DNA of 25,134 nucleotides from Atractiella rhizophila (taxonomy: Eukaryota), in NCBI GenBank assembly GCA_021432655.1, contig MU271337.1:62001-87134 (forward strand). The letters run 5' to 3'. Shown in pieces: positions 1-9,400 of the stretch. Position 1 is the first letter of the stretch; every line of letters starts with the position of its first letter. The translations under genes were made by a program, and so were the position numbers. The notes below the pieces were generated by a model. The model was given only the letters and a program-made list of their open reading frames with translations, searched no databases and was not told the origin of the DNA.

Positions 1-194
1 TCTCGTCAAGCAAATTTACTGTCAGAATCGGGAAAAGTGATCGAGTCTTGCTGTAGATGTTGTCCGTTATCACGTGAAGCAGAAGCATTCATTGGTTCTG
101 TCTCGAATCAGCTCGACTACATTGCCTACGTGCGCAGTAACTATTGGGTAAAAATACGTGAGATGTGCAATGATCGATAAATAATCATAGATTG

Positions 195-2676
195 TCATTT
201 CCAATTTATCCATTTCCCACATCCAGCTGGACTCAGACAGAAGGCGTCCCTCCAAAGCCTTTGAACCGCAACATCGATGCTTTCCTCAATCCATTCCCAA
301 TACTGCCAGTCCTGTTTTTCTCTCTCATTCAACACCTGATCAACGCGCGTTTCTAGGACGGGAAACTGCTCCCGCATATCCGTTCTTTCGAGTTTTGACC
401 GAATCAGAGGACGCGGCTCGATTTGGGATTCAGAGGCTTTCCGAATTAGAAGATTGTAAATGGATTTGTGGACGGAATGGAGAAGAATCTGATGCATCGA
501 GTTTGGCGAAATATACCTATATGAGCAGCTTAGCGATGGAAATGCAGAGAAGACGCAGACAGAACCGAACCAGAGAAAGAAAGTGCGTGAAACGTCACGT
601 TGCGCACTGCGAGGTACCTCCTGTAACTCCAGCAAGTGCGCATTCGAAAGAGCACCAATTATGCTTCGAGCGTCCTTCGGGGCTAGAAAGCAAAGCTTCG
701 CGATCTGAAAGCTGATGTCAACCGCCAACCTTCTCCACGTAAAAAGAAATGACGGACATGTTTCTCCTCCAGCTTCTTCTCACCCGTACCCTCTAACAAA
801 AGCCTTACAATCCTTTTCGCCGCCCACCCCCACCGCTTATCTACGAACCCTTCCACAACCGACCTTCTCAGCATCTCACAGCACTTCCCATAATCAACAC
901 GGTACCCCTCCGTCCCACCTTGCCCTATTGCTCCTGCTGTGCTCACGATAAATTGCGAATTGTTAAGATTCGAAGAGGAGGTCATTTCCGCTCCACCGCC
1001 ACATAGAATCGCGCACAGAGCAGTCAATGTGCTGTTAGGACTGACAGTCGCGCTGGCACAGATATCGCCGTACAGATCTGAGGAAGAAGGAAAAGCGGAG
1101 GAGAGATATTTGATGTCTTTTTTAGAGAACTTCGCTTGGAGGTCCCGCAAGGTGATGACACCGGATTTTGAACTGCCTGGTTCGATTGAGACAAGTTCAA
1201 AGATGCTAGAGTACGAAGCGTACCGCTGATATCATCTGCATACTTCTGATCGTCAATCTCAAGCATTGCTCGCATGACCGTAGCTACTTGTTCGTTATAG
1301 CGTTGAGTAACCATTTCCACAATAAGCTGGGAAAGTTGTTAGCTACAATAAGCGATATTAAGGAAATGTACCTCGTTTCTATAGAGCGCAGCGAACCGGG
1401 AATAAGAAACTCGAACAAATGCTTGCTCCTAAGAATTTATTAGTTATGATGTACCAACGAATCTCGACTGGGACGCACATCCACATCATCACCTTCTATT
1501 ACGTCCTCGTCCATCCTACCGCGCTGTCTGACGGGTGAGCAGAATTTGTATCTGGAGCGAAAACGCCTACCTTAGCTTTTTTTTCTCCCGTCCCATTGGC
1601 TTTCGCTTTCCGTTTCTACCGCTGATATTAGCCTCATCAGATTTCGAAAGAAAGAACAGCAAACCTTTCCGGTTGCAACACTATTATCGTAGTCCTCCTT
1701 TTCCATCATTGCAACCACCTCCTTCCTCATAGTCTCAATTTTCTTTGCACTCATCACCCCACCTCCCTTCGTCTGCTTCGCCGTCTCTTCCTTCTCCAAC
1801 GCCAGCTGTCGCTCCGTTAACGATACGTGCTCCAGACGGCTTGTGACCGAAAGAAAGCGCTCTTTGAGCATTGTGGATATCTGAGCCTTGACCGCTGACC
1901 TCCCTGTTGAATATTTATTCAGGTTAGACTAAACGAGGGACGATGCAAATAAACGTACTCTTCTTCTCCTTTGGCGTTGTCCCTGTCCCGCAAAAAGTGT
2001 CAAGTATGTCTGAGATGCGCAATTTACCATTCTCCAGCGTGTGACTGAGTACGGAAGAAAACTGAAGGAAAAGTCAGCTTCCACGATGTGGGTAAATTGT
2101 TACAACTGCGTGAAGACCACAGTGAAAGAGCCGTCTCTCCCTCGCTTTCATTCCGGAAACAACTTCGCGCAAAATTTGGGTCTGCATCGGTGATGATAGT
2201 AGCATTCTGCCCAATGCCAGGACACACTCCAGAGAATAAAGTGCAGCAGACTTCATGTCATCCCCAGAAAGTGCTGAGCAGACGACCACAATTCCTCAAC
2301 GAGTACAACCCATGCTTCTAATGCAGACACGAGAAGACTCACGGAGACTTCAAATTCTCCTTCTTGTCCCGCCTCCCATTCTTCAACCCATCTCCCTATC
2401 TCTCCCCACCTCAGTCTCCACAACACCTCCTCCACTTCAACATCAAACCTCTCCTCGTCGTCCGAGAACCTCAAGACGTTATTTTGCAGAAGAATTGCAA
2501 GTGACTCCGCAACATTAGGTCCATGAGGGGCAGTGGTATTATTGAGGAGGTGCCGTGTTACCGTCTGCTCTAAGATACTGAGAAACGAGTGTATCGATGA
2601 AGCAAAAGCGCACCTCTGCTGCTGGGCCAAAATCCTCGGCAATGATAGCGGATATCAACGAATGAGTTGGCGTCAT
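195..2676 (-). CDS. RPC82: DNA-directed RNA polymerase III subunit C82/RPC3 (POLR3C family), multi-exon
   Basis: Spliced N-terminus from ATG 2676: MTPTHSLISAIIAEDFGPAAE/TVTRHLLNN...AESLAILLQNN...VEEVLWRLRWG, then FSSVLSHTLENGKLRISDIL. C-terminal winged-helix motifs VEGFVDKRWGWAAKRIVRLLL...KLEEKH and IAKLCFLAPKDARSIIGALSNAHLLELQEVPRSAQRDVSRTFFLW match RPC3/RPC62. Stop at 195-197. Internal exon borders only partly resolved. Confidence 0.9.
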
Positions 2677-2870
2677 CGCATTTCGAGCTGTGATATGTAT
2701 AAACCCACCCAACAAACTAGTATCTGGGCCTTGATTGTGCTCTTGTTCGCAAATATTGTGGTCTTTGATCGTGACTCAGTAACGCATTCTCATCCTGGTC
2801 ATTGTTCTTGCTCCCACTGGTTTGTAATAATACAGCCTATAACACCATAATAACTTCCAAGAAGGCAGCA
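2677..2870. promoter_or_regulatory. Short bidirectional promoter region between RPC82 (-) and ISA2 (+)
   Basis: 194 bp separate two divergent start codons (2676 on -, 2871 on +). Individual elements not assigned. Confidence 0.6.
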
Positions 2871-3935
2871 ATGCGACGTCTCCTACGGTCTCCAGCCCTT
2901 CGCCCACTATGTGGGTCATCCATCTCCCAGCCCGTCAAACACCACCGATTTGTCACCACTTCTGCTCTAAACGTGAACGCTGGCGAAGAATGGCATGGAA
3001 ACATGGACTGGGACTGGGGCAATGAACCTTCCGCCTCCGAGCGGAAAGGAGGCGTAAGCGAGAAGGTGGGAGAGGTGGAAGGTAGCATTGAAATTACTGA
3101 GCGGGCGGCGAAGGTATGTCTACTTCTCATTGCTGCTTGGTGAAGTGTTTCCTGGGAGAAGAGAAATATTAGAGGTTCTTTCAAGCTGTGATTTAGGACA
3201 TAGAAGTTCTAGTCGATGCTCGAGCAAGCAAATGAGCAAGTTATCATGCGAGAAGCAAGAGGAAACACCATGATTTTCTGTGACTCTCAATCTTTCGGAG
3301 AGGAAGCCTGAAATTTAACCGTGTTGACACTTCTATCTATTACCAGTTCCTGCTGTTGCACATTGAACTAGTCGAGTTTGTGACAATCTTGCTGCTTTCA
3401 ATGGAAACACTGTCCTGTACCTTTGGTCTTTCACTTGACGGTTTGGAGGCAGACGAACCTTCCTATGTTTGCTTTGGATGAGACAAGCGGAATATCGAGT
3501 GGATCCCTAATTCTTATGCTGATGATGCTTTCTCGTAGCACATCTCAAAGCTTCGGACAAACCAATCGAAGCCTTCTCTAGCACTACGTGTGCTCGTGGA
3601 GTCCGGGGGATGTCACGGGTACCAATACAAGTTTTCCCTTCTGCAATCGCTTTCTCCGCCAGCATTTAATCCGACAACAGACCTGTGCGTCCTCTCTTCG
3701 AAGAGAATCTGAACGAAAGAGCTGAAAATTCGCGGATGAACGTAGAATATTTACCAGTCCAGGAGGCGAAGCGGATGTGGTTACGGATCGAACGAGTTTG
3801 AAACTTTTGAACGGGAGTAAAATCGATTATGCGACCGAACTCATTGGGAGTAGTTTCAAGGTGACGGAGAACCCGAATGCGCAAGGTGCAGGTTGTGGAT
3901 GTGGAGTTAGTTGGGCTCCGAAGCTAGATAAATAG
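2871..3935 (+). CDS. ISA2: Mitochondrial A-type Fe-S cluster assembly protein (HesB/IscA family, Isa2-like), 3 exons
   Basis: Arg/Ser-rich presequence MRRLLRSPALRPL. After splicing intron 3114-3538 (phase 0): IEITERAAK/HISKL...LALRVLVESGGCHGYQYKF. After a second short intron: DRTSLKLLNGSKIDYATELIGSSFKVTENPNAQGAGCGCGVSW, stop TAG 3933-3935. The ESGGCHG and CGCG motifs are typical of Isa2. Confidence 0.92.
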
Positions 3936-4145
3936 ACCTGAGTCGTGTTAACCTTTATCAGTTAATTGTTCACTGTCGGTGAGCTTAATGTGTAATAATA
4001 AAACAGACCATTCCACCTTTCGGCAGAGCACTGGAGCTTATAAACGCAGTTTCTTATGAAAACTAGATGATGTAATGGCCATTCGAAGCAGCCGACTGTG
4101 ATTGGGTCTCCTTGGAGCATCACTAGATCACTGCTGAATTACTGC

Positions 4146-5105
4146 CTATGATGTATTTTGACCGAGTTTCGGCCCATATCGCTCTCTCCATTCCGACTCC
4201 AGCATTCCCCTGCGTCAGAACGTTAAGGACATATAGCATGCATTCGAAAGTGTGACTTACATGAGGATGTTATCCTGCCACGCTCCTCCTTCTATACCTA
4301 CTCTCAGAGTAGCTTACGCTCTTTGACAATGTAACGTACGAAAAATGCAGTCCCGCTCCACTCCTTCAATCTTAAAACCACTGTCCATCCTGATCAGCCA
4401 GCCAGCTTGGTCAGCTTCATGAACGGCATACATCGATTCATAAAGCCTTTTTGCAGGTTCATTCCATGCAAACACTTCGCCTTTAATCTATTGAATGGTC
4501 AAAACAGCAGAAGCTCCCCATGCGAGCTCACCTTGTGCAGATTCTGATGGCAAAAACCTTGTTCCAACAACCAAATTAGGGCTTCCTTGCCATAGCCCTT
4601 TCCCTAGAGCGGAACTTAGTCTCTGTAGCGGTAAATATGGTGAAAACCTACCTGGTATCTGAGCCCAATGATGAGCTTGAGATGTCCGTATCACCTGTAG
4701 ACTAATGCAACTGCGATTGGCTTACTTTGTTCCAAGCATGATCATGAATGCACTAGATCGTTGCAGATGATTCTGCTGGCTTAGAGTCATCCTCCCAATA
4801 ATCTCTCCTGCTACAGGAGTTGAACCAACTTGTTCTCCGCTAGGAAGACAAATTGTGACGTGATATAACGCGTTTTCGTTGCTTTTGAACGACTTCTCCC
4901 AGCTGGCTTCGTCCTGTGGCCTGGTTTAGAACATCAATTTCAGCCTTCGATTTAGATCACTCAATTGTGGGCTTTACTTATTTTGTCCTCTTGCTGACAG
5001 ATTTGTCTGACTGTCGAAAATCTCTAGGAAAATTGGGATGTCCGCTTTTTGGGCATTACGATAGACCAGCCGAGAGGAATGCAATTTGACTTGTGGAATC
5101 GTCAT
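4146..5105 (-). CDS. GNAT acetyltransferase, RimJ/RimL (Acetyltransf_3)-like, 7 exons including a 7-nt microexon
   Basis: Not in the ORF track; reconstructed by splicing: MTIPQVKLHSSRLVYRNAQKADIPIFLEIF...GEIIGRMTLSQ...FMIMLGTKYQGKGYGKEALIWLLEQGFCHQNLHKIKGEVFAWNEPAKRLYESIGFKIEGVERDCIFQGGAWQDNILMGMLESEWRERYG. Carries acetyl-CoA motif A (QGKGYG) and the NxxAxxLYxxxGF motif. All introns are GT-AG with consistent phase. Confidence 0.88.
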
Positions 5106-5152
5106 CTTGTCATCTGAAGCATACAGGGATCATTGACATTTGCAGACATGTC

Positions 5153-5158
5153 TTTATA
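5153..5158 (-). promoter_or_regulatory. Candidate TATA box (TATAAA) of the GNAT gene
   Basis: The minus strand reads ATTATAAAGA about 50 nt upstream of the GNAT ATG at 5105. Confidence 0.45.
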
Positions 5159-5571
5159 ATCAAGACGGGAGGGCAATCGAGTCATCTACGTTCCACTATA
5201 AGTTGTGATTCTTATTCCGTGTGCGAGCGTGTGCACGCACTTTCCTCAGCTAACGATGTTCGCGGGTCCACAAAACCGGATAGATATCCTCTAGTTGGGC
5301 CAGGCGAGCACAAGTATGGCGCGAACCCGTCACATCATGAGGGGACTGGACAGACCGATAGGATTATGAAGGTTTGGCATTGGCTGAGAAACGAGAGAAC
5401 GGGAGAGCACGCTAGACCTAGAATATAGCTGAAGGTCATACTCCGCGTTGAGTCATTTATGGAAGAAAAGCATAGAGGCTGGATCTTAAGACTCTTATTA
5501 TACGGAGGCCTCTGGTCCCCTAATCCTTCAAAAAAATATTTCTAACGAAAGGTACGATCCACTTGAACTGA

Positions 5572-6975
5572 TCACCAGTCCTCCAACTCCAACGGTCCGC
5601 CAACCTTTTCCTCTTTCCCTTTCTTCCAGTTGCTGCTCCTCCAGGGCTCTTCAGCAAGCGTCCTCGCGATGACGGCTTGCTCGGAATCTTCTCCACTTTC
5701 GATAGTGTACCACTTAGCAGAAAGATGCCCCCATGCTTTCGCAGCTTCCTCGTCTCCAGCATACATTGCGATCAGAGCACCGTCACCTGCCATGATCCCT
5801 CTTCCCAAAAGTACTTGTGACTGAGTCATCAAGCTATTTATTCAACATCAGTTCATATTTAGCCGCAAAGACGGCAGAAGACGAACGACTGCATCCTCCT
5901 CACATTCTCAGTTGCCTGTAAAGAGCTCATAAATCCTTTTACCCACTCTTCCAAGCTGGATCTCAGAGCCGTAATTGTCATCAGCCGCTCATTGTCGTCC
6001 GATATTTCGTCAGGGGTAGAAGAACACAGCCGGCAGGTACAAGTGAAGGCAAAGTCACGCTGTAATGTCCTTTGACGAGTTGCGAAGTCGGCATTCCACG
6101 GGACATACGAAATGGTTAACTCCTCATCAGCTTCGAGGTCGCGAAGTGTATGCAGTTTGATCGTAGGAGGAGAAGCGTGAAAGCTGTATGCTGAGTTGGG
6201 ACGGCAAGCATGGTTGATTCGGGACTGCAGAAGGAAAGTTAGCTTGCCTTCTGCCCCCGAATCAAAACAAGGCCTAGATAATCTGCACAGGGTGAACCTG
6301 CACATGTTTGATAGATGTGTAGAAGAGACTGGATAATTCATAGCGCGTTGCTAGCATGACAGGTGCGTAATGTGTGTCAAATGAACACAACACCTGATTA
6401 GCAACCGTGTCCTTACTCTTTGAGCCAAAAGGCATTTTCTAAGTAGACAAACGTATTTTGTTACATAGAAAGTAGGAGGTAAACGCTCATAATGATGAGG
6501 GAGAGAAATAGTTAAACATAAAGTGAGACTTCAAAGTTGGGGAGCTCACCAAATTCCAAAATACCGCGCTAGCCATCTCCTCTCCAATCTCCACCTTTAC
6601 TGAATTGGTCTCATGGACATCATAAAGCTCATGAAAACCGCTTTTCTTGTGGCTTTTCGCCAAACTTCGATAGCCCTCCCTCCTCTCCTTAGGCAATGCG
6701 TCAAGCTGGGTTTTAATAACATTAACAATATAGGTCTCTGGTCTGTTTTGACGATCGGATTCCTTGAGCATCACCAATGGAGACTCAGAAAGGACAAGGG
6801 AGCCCGGAGGGAGTGCGGAGCGGGCTAGGAGAGTGTAGCCAGCGTTTGGGGTGAGACGCATGCTGAAGGGAAGCGTGGGGGCTGCTGGTGTTGCGTTTGG
6901 TGAGAACACATAGTGGTAGAAGGCGATGGAGAGAAGGGAGAGGAGCACAAGCTTGATTGTTCTGCGAAGAAACAT
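5572..6975 (-). CDS. SET-domain protein (SMYD/Set5-like) with N-terminal signal/anchor, 3 exons
   Basis: ATG 6975: MFLRRTIKLVLLSLLSIAFYHYVF. SET-N segment AGYTLLARSALPPGSLVLSESPL. After intron 6549-6225: SRINHACRPN...LRDLEADEELTISY, then post-SET FTCTCRLC. Intron 5886-5834 precedes a helical C-terminus ending at 5572. Confidence 0.88.
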
Positions 6976-7194
6976 GGGTTTTGGTTGGTTGGTTGAACTT
7001 GAAGAATTAGAGTTCGCGTTGTACACGTGACAGTCACCACACGCCTTTCCAAAGTGCACAGAACGTGAGCTATCGTGTACCCAGAGATCAGAAACTTCGT
7101 AAAAACATATTCCTTCGAGATTTCAAGCGATTGGTAGTACAGACAAATACATAAGTGAACAACCATTTGTTTTTGTCGCAACCCTTCATTCAGC

Positions 7195-8105
7195 TCAGCA
7201 GATGGAAGGCACCACGCTTCCTTCCTTTGGCTCTCGCATGGATCTCCTCTTGCACCTGTCGGGGCCACTCAAATACTTCTGGATATTCTCCCTGTTTAAC
7301 TATTGCTCTCTGCCTCAGTATCCGCGCAACAAATGAGTACACCGAGACTTACTATTTTTGCATGCATAGCTGTCAGCTTTGGATGTGAATCTAATACTTT
7401 GGAGTAAAACCTCTTCCAGTGCAGAATCAATTCCATGAAATGGAATTCTCCGGGAACGGGCTGATTTTAGGATGCAATCAGCGGAAAATCATGACGGAAG
7501 AGAAGAAGAAGCGCACCTTGTCAGTTCCGAAAAAGTACTTGGTCCCATCGGGGTTCCAGTGCGCCGTCAAAGCCTCCAACTGATCCAGTTGTGCGCGGAG
7601 ATCTCCCTCAAACCAAGCTTTCATTGTGTCCAAATCGTTGGACTGCAAGAATCCCTTCAAATTATCCTGCAGGGCAGACACGAGCATGCTACAATACCAA
7701 TACGAGGTTCACCTTCTCAGCATATCGGAGTCGAAGTTGCTTACAGTGACTGACCGAGGGCGAGAGAGTTTGGAACGTAGCCTAATTCTTCGCCCAAAAA
7801 GTGGAGGATTGCATTGCTCTCACTAAGAATGATGGGAGGGGAGGTGCCATCCTTGGAATAGGACAGCACGGGAATTTTGGCGAATGGAAACTTGGTCTTA
7901 TCGGACTTGATTTCCTGGAATTCTGCATAGGACTCGAAGCGAACATCGTCATGTTCTACGCCTGAGACAAATGTTGATTGATCAGCAAACTTCACATCAT
8001 GATAGTATGCCCTGTGAGAAACATGCCAGAGTCTCGTAAGATGTCCCGGCAGGATTCGCCATAATATTGACAGTCATAATAGGTGAAGATGATTTTCGGA
8101 GGCAT
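7195..8105 (-). CDS. Glutathione S-transferase, 5 exons; first intron is GC-AG
   Basis: MPPKIIFTYYDCQYYGESCRDILRDSG/VEHDDVRF...KFPFAKIPVLSYSKDG...ILSESNAILHFLGEELG is a GST N-domain with the cis-Pro and ES motif. C-domain LDQLEAL...YFFGTDKPVPGEF...HPKLTAMHAKILNRENIQKYL. Stop TGA at 7195-7197. Confidence 0.88.
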
Positions 8106-9400
8106 CTCCGCAGACGATCGTCGCACCGTCGCTGGACCTCGAAGCTCGAAGTTCGAAGTTTGACTGCACCCAGCTCAGGCCTTAAGCCTAAAGCCTAAGA
8201 ATGTTGGCAGAGGTGGGGCATTAAATTGTTTCAGGCGGGGAAACCGGCCAACCTCAAAGCTGCCTGAAATGTCACGAGAGACAAAGATGACCTGCGTGAC
8301 ACCATATTCTTGCATTCCATCCAACTGGATGACCATCCTTCGGTGTCTCTCCCTTTCATAGCCTGGAACCCAAAATCCTGCCAGCGATCGCTTCAGACAC
8401 TCCATAGAATTTTCTAGTTATCTCGCTCTCCAAGTCGTCACCGTTGAACGTTGAACAATAGTCCTCACAACCTACTAAGCGAGTTGACAGGTAAGGCATG
8501 TCGACGTCGATAAGGCGGGAAGGCGGAACAAGGATGCGATGCGGTGCGATCCGCTGGTCGCGTTGGCGAATGGTGTCTTCTCTCTTCTCTGGGACACCTT
8601 GTTTGACTCGTTTTCAATTTTCAGAGCGCGTACCAGTCGTTCTAGAGCTGAGACGTTAGCGGTCAAGCGCGTCGAACTCAGCATCGAAGTGAAATGTTGA
8701 CGGGCTTGAGGAGCAGAGCATCATTATGCATCATTGTCCATTGATGTTCATCATGTATTCCTTGTTTAATCAGACTTACTGGCTCTGCCTTCTTTTCGCT
8801 ATAATGAGTTGATAGGTAGGTACAGCAATAATCTATGATGCCTTCAGAGATGAGGACAGGCGTTTCTGGGTCTTCTCGTTACGGCCCGGAGTTCCCTTGA
8901 TATTCCTTGTCTCTGCCAAGGCTCTGCAGGGTACCCTCATTTATCAGCTGTAGTGTCACAGTTCCACCGTGATTTCCCTGATGTTGCGTGCTGGACAAAC
9001 GATCCTGCATATGGCGGCTTTCAGCTTTATCGTGCCGTTGGCTCCACAACAGGATAAGTACATACCTGTCACGATTCAGTTCGTTATTGCTGTTTCTCAC
9101 CGACCCACGTCGTTCTTATTCCGCACCGCCCAATGCTCTTAGTTACACAGGTCGTATCTCAATTCACTTTCAATTCCGTCTTCACATTTCTCCAGCATAA
9201 AAGTCTTGGGTCCAAGTCTTGGACATTTACCTTCCCAACCTCACCCTCCCTCCCCCCCGATCGCCATCCCGTCTTCCGTCTATCACGCACTGTCACGACG
9301 CCTGTAGCGTCAATTCACTCACCACTCTCCAGAAAATCACAAGCAACAAAGTACAGTTGCTACGAATTGGCGAATCCAGCTTACTAGCAATTCGTTCACA

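Noticed and set aside
2180..2283. Plus-strand C/D-box-like pattern GTCTGC..GTGATGA...CTGA-GCAGAC inside the RPC82 intron
   Set aside because: It is antisense to the host gene, the stem-to-box-C spacing is too long for a canonical K-turn, and I recognised no rRNA-complementary guide.
4146..5105. Recent horizontal transfer of a bacterial-like RimJ/SpeG acetyltransferase
   Set aside because: Six ordinary spliceosomal introns and host-like composition; the family is widespread in fungi.
5102..5149. Upstream ORFs, one with its stop overlapping the GNAT start (ATGA)
   Set aside because: They begin just after the candidate TATA box, so most are probably upstream of the transcription start.
8673..8760. 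Minus-strand ATGATGA...CTGA snoRNA-like pattern
   Set aside because: Weak terminal stem and only gapped similarity to rRNA sequence from memory; not supportable without a scan.
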